NCBI GenBank assembly: GCA_002868855.1
Contig: PKUM01000054.1
Span: forward strand, 1-61,591
Length of the DNA: 61,591 bases
Direction of reading: 5' to 3'
Source: Chromatiales bacterium
GTDB lineage: Bacteria > Pseudomonadota > Gammaproteobacteria > Steroidobacterales > BM003
In this document: one piece after another, positions 37,482-46,296 of the stretch
Position numbering within the stretch: the stretch's first letter is position 1
Layout of the letters: every line of letters begins with the position of its first letter
The notes under the pieces: model-generated
Database searches by the model: none
What the model was told of the DNA's origin: nothing
Seen by the model: the letters and a program-made list of their open reading frames with translations, nothing else
Translations under genes and position numbers: made by a program

Positions 37482-39101
37482 ATGCTCGCAATAACCTCGT
37501 TTTTCTCACGATTCCTCGGCGAATTGCATCGCCGCAAGGTGCTTCGAGTAGCGGCAAGCTATGCAATAGTGGCGTGGCTTCTGCTGCAGGTGGCCGAGGT
37601 CACTTTCGAACCGCTGCATGTCCCGGACTGGGTCATGACCATGGTCGTTTTACTCGCAATCATCGGTTTTCCGATAGCACTGGTTCTGGCATGGGCGTTC
37701 GATCTTACGCCCGATGGCATCGAGAAGGATGGGGAAGATGCCGCGGCCGACCCGGAGGCCGTATCCGCACCGCATCCGTCGATTGCGGTGCTGTCATTCG
37801 ACGACATGAGCCCGGAGCAGGACCAGGAATATTTCTGCGACGGTATCGCCGAGGAGATCCTGAACCGGCTGGCCCATATCGACAAACTGGGCGTCGCGGC
37901 TCGTACGTCGTCTTTCCGGTTCAAGGGCCAGAACGTCGACATAGGCGCCATCGCGCGTGAACTCAACGTCTCGACGATTCTGGAGGGAAGCGTGCGCAAG
38001 ACCGGCAACCGGCTGCGGGTGACGACCCAGCTGATAAACGCCAGCGACGGCTATCACCTGTGGTCGGAGAGCTATGACCGCGAACTCGAGGACGTTTTTG
38101 AAATTCAGGAAGAAATTGCGGCCAGCGTTGCCGCTGCACTGAAGCTGACACTGGTCGCCTCTTCTTCGCAAGACTACGGGACGGATAACGTGGAGGCCTA
38201 TGAGTACTACCTCAAGGGCCTTTATTTCTTTCATCGCTGGGGCCCGACCAACGTTCGCTACGGCGTCGAGATGTTTGCAAAGGCGGTCGCCGCCGATCCC
38301 GGCTATGCGCTCGCCTGGGCCGCGCTGGCAGACAGCTACGCGATGATTTGCATGTACTGGGATGCCAGCCGCGCCAACCTGGACGGGGCGGACAGCGCCA
38401 GCCGCAAGGCCCTGTCGCTCGCTCCCGATCTTGCCGATGCCCATGTCTCACGCGGGCTCTCCTTCACGGTTCGGCGCGAACACGAGGCGGCCGCGGCGGA
38501 ATTCGACACCGCTCTGAAACTCAACCCGGACCTGTTCGAGGCTTCCTATTTCTACGGCCGTATCTGTTTTCAGCAAGGCAAACTGGAGCGCGCGGCCGCG
38601 CTGTTCGAGCAAGCAGAACGGGCGCGTGCCGAGGACTTCCAGGCGCCGATCCTGCTGCGCCAGGTCTACAGCAGTCTCGGTCGCGATAAAGATGCCCTGG
38701 CCGCCGCGCAACGCGGTGTCATCCGCGCCGAGAAACATCTGCAACTGAATCCGGACGACACGCGCGCTCTGAATCTCGGTCTCGGCGGCTTCGTCACGCT
38801 GGGCAACAAGGAGCGCGCCATCGAATGGGCCGAGCGCTCGCTGGCTATCGACGGCAACAATCCCGACACGCTTTACAACGTGGCCTGCGGCCTGGCCCAG
38901 ATCGGCGAACCCGAGCGGGCCATGGATAACCTCGAGCTTGCCGGTCTGCGCGGGGTGATGATTGCCGAGTGGGCGGAAAACGACTCGGATCTGGCGTCGC
39001 TTCACGAGCTGCCGCGTTTCCGAGCGATCATTGACAAGATCCGGGCGCATGAGCTCGAGCGCCGCAAGGACTCTGCCGATCATCCCGACCGGGACGGCTG
39101 A
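37482..39101 (+). CDS. Membrane-anchored TolB_N/FlgO-like + TPR repeat protein (paralog 1)
   Basis: ATG at 37482. LHRRKVLRVAASYAIVAWLLLQVAEV anchor, SIAVLSFDDMS...YFCDGIAEEILNRL...GSVRKTGNRLRVTTQLI, and a C-terminal TPR region. Confidence 0.7.
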   Translation: MLAITSFFSRFLGELHRRKVLRVAASYAIVAWLLLQVAEVTFEPLHVPDWVMTMVVLLAIIGFPIALVLAWAFDLTPDGIEKDGEDAAADPEAVSAPHPSIAVLSFDDMSPEQDQEYFCDGIAEEILNRLAHIDKLGVAARTSSFRFKGQNVDIGAIARELNVSTILEGSVRKTGNRLRVTTQLINASDGYHLWSESYDRELEDVFEIQEEIAASVAAALKLTLVASSSQDYGTDNVEAYEYYLKGLYFFHRWGPTNVRYGVEMFAKAVAADPGYALAWAALADSYAMICMYWDASRANLDGADSASRKALSLAPDLADAHVSRGLSFTVRREHEAAAAEFDTALKLNPDLFEASYFYGRICFQQGKLERAAALFEQAERARAEDFQAPILLRQVYSSLGRDKDALAAAQRGVIRAEKHLQLNPDDTRALNLGLGGFVTLGNKERAIEWAERSLAIDGNNPDTLYNVACGLAQIGEPERAMDNLELAGLRGVMIAEWAENDSDLASLHELPRFRAIIDKIRAHELERRKDSADHPDRDG

Positions 39102-39223
39102 GCGGGCTGCCTAGTACCGCCCGGACACCTCTGCAGCACACTCAGAAGTGGTTCACAGAGACAATTTCAAAAAAAATAAATTATGTTATTCTTCATAGCC
39201 TTGGGGAGCGTAGTTAATCTTTA

Positions 39224-40003
39224 ATGAGCCATAGTTCGCAGCAACCACATCGGCAACGCATTCTCGTTCTCAACCCGAAAGGGGGGTCGGGCAAAACGAC
39301 GGTGTCGACAAATCTCGCGGCCTACCTGGCAAATCAGGGCCACGCGACCGCCCTGATGGACTACGACCCGCAAGCCTCTTCAATGCGCTGGCTCAGCAAA
39401 CGCCCCGACGATCGGCCGAAAATTTTCGGCGTCGAGGCGCACAAGCCCAATGTCAACGTAACCCGCAGCTGGCAACTGCGCGTGCCGCCCGAGACGCGCT
39501 ACCTCGTCATCGATTCGCCGGCCGCAATTGCTCCGCACCAGCTCTACGATTTCACCCGTGACGCGGACGCCATACTGGTCCCCGTAGGCACATCCGACAT
39601 CGATATCCATGCAGCTTCGCGCTTTATTGCCGACCTCCTGCTAAAAGCCAAGGTCAATCGGCGCACCGGCAACATCGGCGTGATCGCCAATCGCGTCAAA
39701 ACCCAGACCGTCGCCTACCGCAACCTGATGCGGTTCGTCTATCGCCTGGCAATTCCGGTTATTGGCGTGCTCCGCGACAGCCAGAGTTATCTGCACGCCG
39801 CGGACGAGGGCCTCGGCATTCACGAATGCAAACGGCACCGCGTAACCAAGGATATTGCGCAATGGCAGCCGCTGACGGCGTGGCTCGAGGCGCGGCTGAG
39901 CATGCTGGAAGCGCGCGAATCGGCGATGACGGCGGCAACAATGGAAGAACCCGAAGTTGCCGTGGACTCCAAAATTATTGCATTCGCCCGTCCCGCCGGC
40001 TAA
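39224..40003 (+). CDS. ParA/MinD-superfamily ATPase (orphan)
   Basis: Deviant Walker A LNPKGGSGKTT, plus DYDPQ and VIDSP motifs. No parB or plasmid/phage genes are nearby. Confidence 0.8.
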   Translation: MSHSSQQPHRQRILVLNPKGGSGKTTVSTNLAAYLANQGHATALMDYDPQASSMRWLSKRPDDRPKIFGVEAHKPNVNVTRSWQLRVPPETRYLVIDSPAAIAPHQLYDFTRDADAILVPVGTSDIDIHAASRFIADLLLKAKVNRRTGNIGVIANRVKTQTVAYRNLMRFVYRLAIPVIGVLRDSQSYLHAADEGLGIHECKRHRVTKDIAQWQPLTAWLEARLSMLEARESAMTAATMEEPEVAVDSKIIAFARPAG

Positions 40004-40093
40004 CCCGCTTTCCCCGGCGCGGGCCGGGACCCATCTTCTCTTATACTGGCGGCCCGCCACGCCATCCGACCCGTCCCAAGCGAGTTGCCGTCA

Positions 40094-42016
40094 ATGTCCC
40101 TTCTCCGGTTCGATAAAGTATCCCTCGCATTCGGTCATCACGACTTGTTGACCGCGGTCGATTTCACCATCGACGCGGGAGAGAAAGTGTGCCTGCTTGG
40201 CCGCAACGGCGAGGGAAAATCGACGTTGCTGAAGCTCATCAGCGGCGAACTCGCGCCCGATGACGGAACCATCCGGTTGCGTTCTGGAGCCCGGGTTGCC
40301 TGCCTCGCCCAAACCGCGGACGCGGTCAGCGGAAGCCGCGTATTCGACGTCGTGGCCAGCGGACTGCCGGAAACCGGAGCGTTGATCGGCGAATACCAGG
40401 AGGCCGCGGCGACACTCGGCGACGGCTCCGACACCAGGGCCGCCGCCGAGCTGGAACGGTTGCAACATGAGCTCGAAGCCGGAGACGGCTGGCGCCTCAA
40501 CCAGCGCGTCGGGACAGTTCTCTCGCGGCTTGCGCTGGACGGGGCCGCGCAGTTTGCAGCGCTGTCAGGCGGGCAACAGCGCCGGGTGCTTCTTGCCCGC
40601 GCACTGGTCTGCGAGCCCGACCTGCTGTTGCTGGACGAACCCACTAATCATCTCGATATTGAAGCGATCGCGTGGCTCGAGGAATTCGCGAGAGAATTTG
40701 CCGGCGCACTGCTTTTCGTCAGCCATGACCGCGCCTTCGTACGCCGTGTTGCTACCCGCATTTGCGAACTCGACCGCGGCAAGCTGAGTTCCTGGGAAAC
40801 CGACTACGACACGTACAAGAAACGCAAACTCGCGCAACTCGAAGTCGAAGCCCGCGAAGCTCACCAGGCAGACAAGCTTCTGGCACAGGAAGAAGCCTGG
40901 GTTCGCCAGGGGATCAAAGCGCGCCGAACCCGCAACGAAGGCCGGGTCCGGGCACTGGAGGCTTTACGCGAGAAGCGCCGCCAGCGGCGCGAGCAACGCG
41001 CCAATGTCTCGCTCAGCGTGGCAGATGGCGAGGTCTCGGGGCGCGTCGTTTTCGAAACGGAACATGCGACGGTCGGTTTCGATGGCAAGCCGGTAATTGC
41101 CGATCTGTCGCTGCGCATCCTGCGTGGGGACAGGGTCGGAATTATCGGACCGAACGGCGCCGGGAAATCAACGCTGATCCGGCTTCTCCTCGGCGAACTG
41201 CCCCCGGATTCGGGCCGGGTACATCGGGGCACAAAACTGCAGATCGCCTATTTCGATCAGCGGCGCGAGCAACTCGACCCCGAGAGGACCGTGATGGACA
41301 GCGTCGCGGACGGGAACCAGCGCGTCAGGATCAACGGCAGCGATCGTCACGTCGCCGGATACCTGCGCGACTTCCTTTTCCCGCCCCAGCGTTTGCAGTC
41401 GCCGGTTAGCAGCCTCAGCGGCGGAGAACGCAACCGGCTATTGCTGGCGCGGCTCTTCACCCGCCCGGCAAATCTGCTCGTTCTCGACGAGCCGACCAAC
41501 GATCTCGATGTCGAAACGCTGGAGTTGCTTGAGGAACTGGTGGCGGACTTCGATGGCACCATCCTGCTGGTCAGTCACGACCGCGCATTCCTCGACAATG
41601 TCGTAACCAGTACGCTGGTGTTCGAGGGCAACGCCACTGTCACGGAGTATGTCGGCGGCTATAGCGACTGGCTGCGACAACGCGGACCCGCACCGGCAGC
41701 GCGCGGGCGAACCAAACCCGCGGCCGAACCCCGGGGCGCCGCACCTCGGGCCGGTGGCACGGCAAAGCCACCCAAACTCAGTTACAAGGAAAACCGGGAA
41801 CTGGAAATGCTGCCGGCCCGAATCGAAGCCCTGGAGACCGAACAGGCGAATCTGCAACGGGCGACGAGCGACGCGGATTTTTACCAACAGGACAGGGACG
41901 CCATCAAGATCGCGCTCGGCCGGCTCGAAGAACTGGCTGCGGAACTCGAACTGGCCTATGCGCGCTGGGAATACCTCGATGCAGCCCACCACGCCTCCGC
42001 CAAGAGCCCGCGCTGA
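40094..42016 (+). CDS. uup: ABC-F family ATPase Uup
   Basis: ATG at 40094. Two ABC cassettes (GRNGEGKST, GPNGAGKST; LSGGQQRR, LSGGERNR) and a C-terminal coiled-coil tail. Confidence 0.85.
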   Translation: MSLLRFDKVSLAFGHHDLLTAVDFTIDAGEKVCLLGRNGEGKSTLLKLISGELAPDDGTIRLRSGARVACLAQTADAVSGSRVFDVVASGLPETGALIGEYQEAAATLGDGSDTRAAAELERLQHELEAGDGWRLNQRVGTVLSRLALDGAAQFAALSGGQQRRVLLARALVCEPDLLLLDEPTNHLDIEAIAWLEEFAREFAGALLFVSHDRAFVRRVATRICELDRGKLSSWETDYDTYKKRKLAQLEVEAREAHQADKLLAQEEAWVRQGIKARRTRNEGRVRALEALREKRRQRREQRANVSLSVADGEVSGRVVFETEHATVGFDGKPVIADLSLRILRGDRVGIIGPNGAGKSTLIRLLLGELPPDSGRVHRGTKLQIAYFDQRREQLDPERTVMDSVADGNQRVRINGSDRHVAGYLRDFLFPPQRLQSPVSSLSGGERNRLLLARLFTRPANLLVLDEPTNDLDVETLELLEELVADFDGTILLVSHDRAFLDNVVTSTLVFEGNATVTEYVGGYSDWLRQRGPAPAARGRTKPAAEPRGAAPRAGGTAKPPKLSYKENRELEMLPARIEALETEQANLQRATSDADFYQQDRDAIKIALGRLEELAAELELAYARWEYLDAAHHASAKSPR

Positions 42017-42022
42017 TCGTGT

Positions 42023-42340
42023 TTACGGCTTCGTTCGATTTTTTTCGGCTTCATACAGCTCCAGGCATTCCGGCAGGTCGTTGAACATTCTCTGCTTCGC
42101 GGCGCCCGCCGCGGTGCGACCGCCATTCCCGTAGTCGCGATAGAAGCGCTCGCAACTGGCGCGGTCCTTTTTCTGTTTGGTCACGCACTCGTCTATCGCC
42201 GCGGCACGCAGCGGCGCGATCTTCGCCTCGCGGGCAGCCTCGCAACGTTGTTTCAGCGCGCTCAGCGAGGCGTCCTCAGCGGCGGCGATGGACCCAAACA
42301 ACAGCGATGCCGCAAAAATCGCGTGGATGCTACCTTTCAA
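42023..42340 (-). CDS. Small secreted Cys-containing protein (hypothetical)
   Basis: TTG at 42340, 8 nt after AAGGAG, inside track ORF 42023..42454. Signal peptide (M)KGSIHAIFAASLLFGSIAAAED. Confidence 0.5.
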   Translation of the reverse strand: MKGSIHAIFAASLLFGSIAAAEDASLSALKQRCEAAREAKIAPLRAAAIDECVTKQKKDRASCERFYRDYGNGGRTAAGAAKQRMFNDLPECLELYEAEKNRTKP

Positions 42341-42450
42341 AATGGCGTCTCCTTGAAAAAGTCCGGCAGTGACCGGGTCGGCACAGGTCAAGAGGTTACT
42401 ACAATTCGGGCAGCGGGCCTGTGCAGTCGTTGGCAGATCGGCAATGCGGA

Positions 42451-43488
42451 TCAAAAAGAGGTGAGGAACGAGGCGGCGTTGCCGCCCGGAACCGCGCCAC
42501 GCCGCGCCCGTTGCAGAAAACCGCCCTCATCCCGCGGCGGCGCGGCCTCGGCGCCGTTATCCCATTTGACGATTCGCTCGACCCGGCCGCGATGATAAAT
42601 ACGAAGCTGGGACGTAAACGGAATTACATTCTCCGCGCCGTTGCCATACAGCTCCCGATGCAACGCCGGCAGGCGGTACCACGGCGTGGTCGGGCGCGCG
42701 TGGTGGGCGTTGTGAAAACCGAAATTCAGGACCAGCCAATTCACCCATTCGTGGCGTAGCGAAAGCGGGTTACTGAATGTGTGCTGCTGCTCCCACTGTT
42801 TGTCGCCGCGCCGCGGCGAGGGCGACGAGTCGTAAAGGGTCAGGTTGTAACCGTAGTCGTGCTGGACACTGTCCATGAACCGGAGCACGATCATCATCAG
42901 CATGTACGCGACCGCGTACAACGCGGCAGCACGCGGCGCTGCAAATACCAAAACACCGAACACACCAAGGCGAACCAGCAACACCAGCAGGTTACGAATC
43001 CGCTGCGGGCGCCGTTGCGGAATCACGAAAGCGTTGCACATCAGCAACCCGTGCATGACGAGCTCCTGCGCCGGCACGTAGCACCATTCGAGAGCACGGG
43101 TCAGGCGCAGCACCACGGGATGATCGAGAAAGAACTTCTCATAGTCGAACCACACCACATCGTCGTTATCGACATGATGGCGAAAATGCTTGTAGCGAAT
43201 GTCCTCATAGGTGCCATAAGATGCGCCGCACAGCCAGGTGAGCGCGCGGCCAAGGCGCGCGTTGTCGGCATTGCGCCTGAAAATCGTGTTGTGCGCGCAC
43301 TCGTGGACCAGGTAGGCGGCGATTACCATCGCGTGCGCCAGCAACAGCGTTGCCACAAGATTCACCGTCCACGCCGGACTGAACAGCCCGGCGAACCCCA
43401 CGCCGAACCCAAGCAATGCATAGAGCAATGCAGAGCCATGCCAGATCACGCCAGCGGGGTCCCAGAATTTCTCGATCAGCTTCGACAT
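42451..43488 (-). CDS. Membrane fatty-acid desaturase
   Basis: ATG at 43488 (MSKLIEKFW). Histidine boxes HECAH, HFRHH and HNAHH. Confidence 0.85.
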   Translation of the reverse strand: MSKLIEKFWDPAGVIWHGSALLYALLGFGVGFAGLFSPAWTVNLVATLLLAHAMVIAAYLVHECAHNTIFRRNADNARLGRALTWLCGASYGTYEDIRYKHFRHHVDNDDVVWFDYEKFFLDHPVVLRLTRALEWCYVPAQELVMHGLLMCNAFVIPQRRPQRIRNLLVLLVRLGVFGVLVFAAPRAAALYAVAYMLMMIVLRFMDSVQHDYGYNLTLYDSSPSPRRGDKQWEQQHTFSNPLSLRHEWVNWLVLNFGFHNAHHARPTTPWYRLPALHRELYGNGAENVIPFTSQLRIYHRGRVERIVKWDNGAEAAPPRDEGGFLQRARRGAVPGGNAASFLTSF

Positions 43489-43690
43489 GTCTCCTCGCCC
43501 GGCCCTGCTCGTTCGCAAACCGGCGGTGGCCGGAACTGAATTTTACGCCAGATAACCGGGCGGCGGCGCGTGCCTTTTTGAAAAATGCGATGCGGCGACC
43601 CGGCGCGCCGGGTCGCGCCCGTGGGCGGCGCATCTGCTATCGTTGCCGTGCGCCGCTACTTGCAGCCGCGGCAGGGGCCGATCGCGGCCC

Positions 43691-45166
43691 ATGTATTGGT
43701 CAACCGGGAGTGCGCCCAGAGTGACAGAAGCAGGCTCGACTTTCGCGCTCGGGTTTGTTGCCGAATACCTGATCCAGCTGGCGATCGGAATCGTCGTCGT
43801 CATACGCTCCAAAGGAAGCCCGCAGGCGCGAATGGCGTGGCTGCTGCTGGTGCTGCTCCTGCCATTGATCGGGCTCATTCTTTTTCTCGCCATCGGCCGG
43901 ATTCGCCTCAATCAGTCACGCATCGACCGTTTTAACGACGCCCAGGCGGAGATTCGCCTGCTAACGTCCGGCGAGAAATCGGTTGCCACCACAACCGATC
44001 TACTCTCGCCCGGGCGGCGCAAAATCGTCCATCTCGCCGGGGCTGTCAGCGGCACGGACCTGCGCACGGGCAATCTCTGCGCCCTTTTCTCCGAAACGGA
44101 TCATCTTTTTGACGTAATGATCCGCGACATCGATGCCGCGCAGTCGAGCTGCAATTTCCTGTTCTATATTTACCTGCCCGACAACACGGGCACCCGCGTC
44201 GGTGAGGCGCTGAAGCGCGCGGCAGCGCGTGGCGTCGAGTGCCGCCTTCTGGTGGATTCGCTCGGCGCCAAGCCGTTTTTGCGATCACGGCTTAGAAGGG
44301 ACATGGAGAAAGCGGGCATCCGTATCGGTGAGGCGCTGCCGGTCGCCCCGTGGCGTGCCGGTTTCAAAAGAATCGACCATCGCAATCATCGCAAGATTGC
44401 TGTAATCGACGGCCATATCGGCTGGACCGGCAGCCAGAATGTCGCCGACGCGGCGTTCGCACCAAAACGCCGTTATGCGCCGTGGATCGATCTGATGATG
44501 CGAATCGACGGACCCGCAGTTCACGACCTCCAGGCACTGTTCATCGAGGACTGGCTGCAGGACTGTAACGACACCGTCGAAGCGTTGCTGACTCCGGTAC
44601 CGCCAGGACACGATCAGGGCATCCCGGTGCAGGTTCTCGGAACCGGGCCCCTGTGTTTCAACCAGGCGCTGGAGGCACTGGTCCAGGTCGGATTGTCACA
44701 AGCCGAGCACGAACTAATCCTGACAACGCCGTACCTGGTTCCCGACCAGACCACATTCTCATCGTTGCAAACGAGCGCGCGTTCCGGCGTTTCGACTTCG
44801 CTTATCGTCCCGGCGCGCAACGACTCACCGCTGGTTGCCGCCGCGAGCCGCAGCTTCTACGAGGGACTGCTCGAGGCGGGCGTGGAAATTTACGAGTATC
44901 AGCCCGGGCTGTTACACGCGAAGACCATCAGCATTGACGGCCACACGAGCGTCGTTGCCACCGCAAACCTCGACCGGCGCAGTTTCGAGCTGAATGCCGA
45001 AGTCAGCGTGATCGTATTCGACCGGCTTTTCACGCAGCGACTGCGCGCGGTACAGGAGGTCTATATCGACGATTCGCAAAAAGTGCATCTGGACACATGG
45101 CGCCAGCGCGGCCTCCATCGCCAATTGCTGCAAAACGGCGCGGGCGTCCTCGCGCCGTTGCTCTGA
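43691..45166 (+). CDS. clsA: Cardiolipin synthase
   Basis: ATG at 43691. Two N-terminal TM helices and two HKD motifs (HRKIAVIDG, HAKTISIDG). Confidence 0.85.
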   Translation: MYWSTGSAPRVTEAGSTFALGFVAEYLIQLAIGIVVVIRSKGSPQARMAWLLLVLLLPLIGLILFLAIGRIRLNQSRIDRFNDAQAEIRLLTSGEKSVATTTDLLSPGRRKIVHLAGAVSGTDLRTGNLCALFSETDHLFDVMIRDIDAAQSSCNFLFYIYLPDNTGTRVGEALKRAAARGVECRLLVDSLGAKPFLRSRLRRDMEKAGIRIGEALPVAPWRAGFKRIDHRNHRKIAVIDGHIGWTGSQNVADAAFAPKRRYAPWIDLMMRIDGPAVHDLQALFIEDWLQDCNDTVEALLTPVPPGHDQGIPVQVLGTGPLCFNQALEALVQVGLSQAEHELILTTPYLVPDQTTFSSLQTSARSGVSTSLIVPARNDSPLVAAASRSFYEGLLEAGVEIYEYQPGLLHAKTISIDGHTSVVATANLDRRSFELNAEVSVIVFDRLFTQRLRAVQEVYIDDSQKVHLDTWRQRGLHRQLLQNGAGVLAPLL

Positions 45167-45210
45167 CCCGGCTGAGTTTACTCCCGCCGCACAGGTTCGC
45201 CACGTCGGGC

Positions 45211-45723
45211 TCAGCGGGCGTTCTTCAGCTTTTCGAAGGCGGCAATAAAGGCGAGCGCGTCCTCCTCACGGAATGTCTCGAGCGCCATGTCGCCGTCCAC
45301 TGACACCTCGCTGAACGAGATAAAACCCTCGCCCTCGACGTCGATAACGATCTCGCCGTCCTGCCAGTTCATCGCATTTATCGCATCGAGCGGGTAAATC
45401 AGCTGCTGATTCAACATTTTCTCGACACTGTCGAGGACGAAAGTCTTGAAGTCGGCGGCCAGGCCAGTTTCGTCTCCGGATTCACGTTCGTCCTCGAACT
45501 CCGACTCGATTTCCTCGAGCTTCTGATCCGACAGTTTCATCGCCAGACTTTCCTCGCTCAGCACGAGGTCAATCTCGCCGGTTCGATTGGTAATGACCAT
45601 CACCGTCTCGGCGTCGGACCAGTCGGTCTTCGCCTCTTCCTTCTTCTTGCTGCATGCAGCCGTCGAAAAACCGGCCACGGCCACGGCCACTATCAGCGAA
45701 TTCACCAAAGCAGTTCGTTTCAC
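45211..45723 (-). CDS. Acidic lipoprotein (hypothetical)
   Basis: GTG at 45723 inside track ORF 45211..45969. (M)KRTALVNSLIVAVAVAGFSTAACS lipobox, and an E/D-rich mature part. Confidence 0.55.
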   Translation of the reverse strand: MKRTALVNSLIVAVAVAGFSTAACSKKKEEAKTDWSDAETVMVITNRTGEIDLVLSEESLAMKLSDQKLEEIESEFEDERESGDETGLAADFKTFVLDSVEKMLNQQLIYPLDAINAMNWQDGEIVIDVEGEGFISFSEVSVDGDMALETFREEDALAFIAAFEKLKNAR

Positions 45724-45787
45724 GGCATTCCCCAGGCATTTTTGACTCCGGCGAAGCCCAAGCACGCGATACCGCGCCGGACAGGTG

Positions 45788-45817
45788 CTGTTTCCCTGCA
45801 CGCATGCAGGGAAACAG
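45788..45817. repeat. Perfect 13-bp inverted repeat (hairpin) with a 4-nt loop
   Basis: CTGTTTCCCTGCA-cgca-TGCAGGGAAACAG, 65-95 nt upstream of the lipoprotein start. No U-tract on either strand. Confidence 0.7.
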
Positions 45818-46084
45818 GGCTGCATGTATACCATGCAACCGGCGCCGCTCGCAGCCCCCTTGCGACCCGACCGTGATTGGAGCAGCCGGGCGATTGAGCG
45901 CGACCGTGGCTCTTCCGTGTGCCGATGGCCTGCGATCTCGAAACAGGGATTCAGAGCGAACCAAAGCATTCGGGCCGGAACAATCTCCCACTTTCGACCC
46001 GCCAGTGGTTCAACTGGCAGCGGACAACCAGTGACCGGGGAGCCCGCCTACGTAAACCTCGACGGCACGGCGAGACGCGTGAGA

Positions 46085-46273
46085 GACATTCCGGGAAAAT
46101 ACGGATTGACCCGGATGGCCGTTGCACGGATGGTATGCATAGTCTTTGGGGGATCATGCCCGCGATGCGGGGTGGGGTATTCCAGATGTGACACTCACCA
46201 CGGAGAAGTGAAGACACGAACCAAAAGCAAAAACGTACTTGCCTAATGCCCCCGCCACGGCGGGGTTTCTTTT
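46085..46273 (+). ncRNA. Candidate Csr/Rsm-type (CsrA-sequestering) small RNA; the 5' end is undefined
   Basis: Six GGA motifs lie within about 110 nt (46094, 46103, 46113, 46128, 46151, 46202), mostly as ACGGA/CGGAT. Three can sit in 8-9-nt loops closed by 4-bp stems. An A-rich stretch at 46216-46240 is followed by an intrinsic terminator. No convincing ORF is present. Confidence 0.4.
46249..46273 (+). terminator. Rho-independent terminator (plus strand)
   Basis: CCCCGC-cacg-GCGGGG is followed by TTTCTTTT. The U-tract is only on the plus strand, although the nearest protein genes on both sides are on the minus strand. Confidence 0.7.
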
Positions 46274-46296
46274 GCCCCAAATTTATTTCGCCTTTT

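Noticed and set aside
46001-46018. GCCAG-TGGTTCAA-CTGGC looks superficially like a tRNA T-arm (GGTTCAA).
   Set aside because: The loop is 8 nt rather than 7, and no acceptor, D or anticodon arms can be drawn around it. This is not a tRNA or a tRNA fragment.
46107-46140. TTGACC … TGGTAT/TATGCA as a possible sigma70 promoter for the sRNA candidate.
   Set aside because: The spacer would be 19-22 nt, and the -10 is poor. It would also leave four of the six GGA motifs outside the transcript. The promoter is therefore left undefined.
45785-46246. 153-aa plus-strand ORF that stops 3 nt before the plus-strand terminator, so it could be the gene that terminator serves.
   Set aside because: It has no SD or sensible start context. 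The product is Arg/Gly/Cys-rich without recognisable features, and its 5' part runs through the 13-bp hairpin. I favour a non-coding transcript but cannot exclude a short peptide (for example MAVARMVCIVFGG…). This is left as an open alternative in the sRNA finding.
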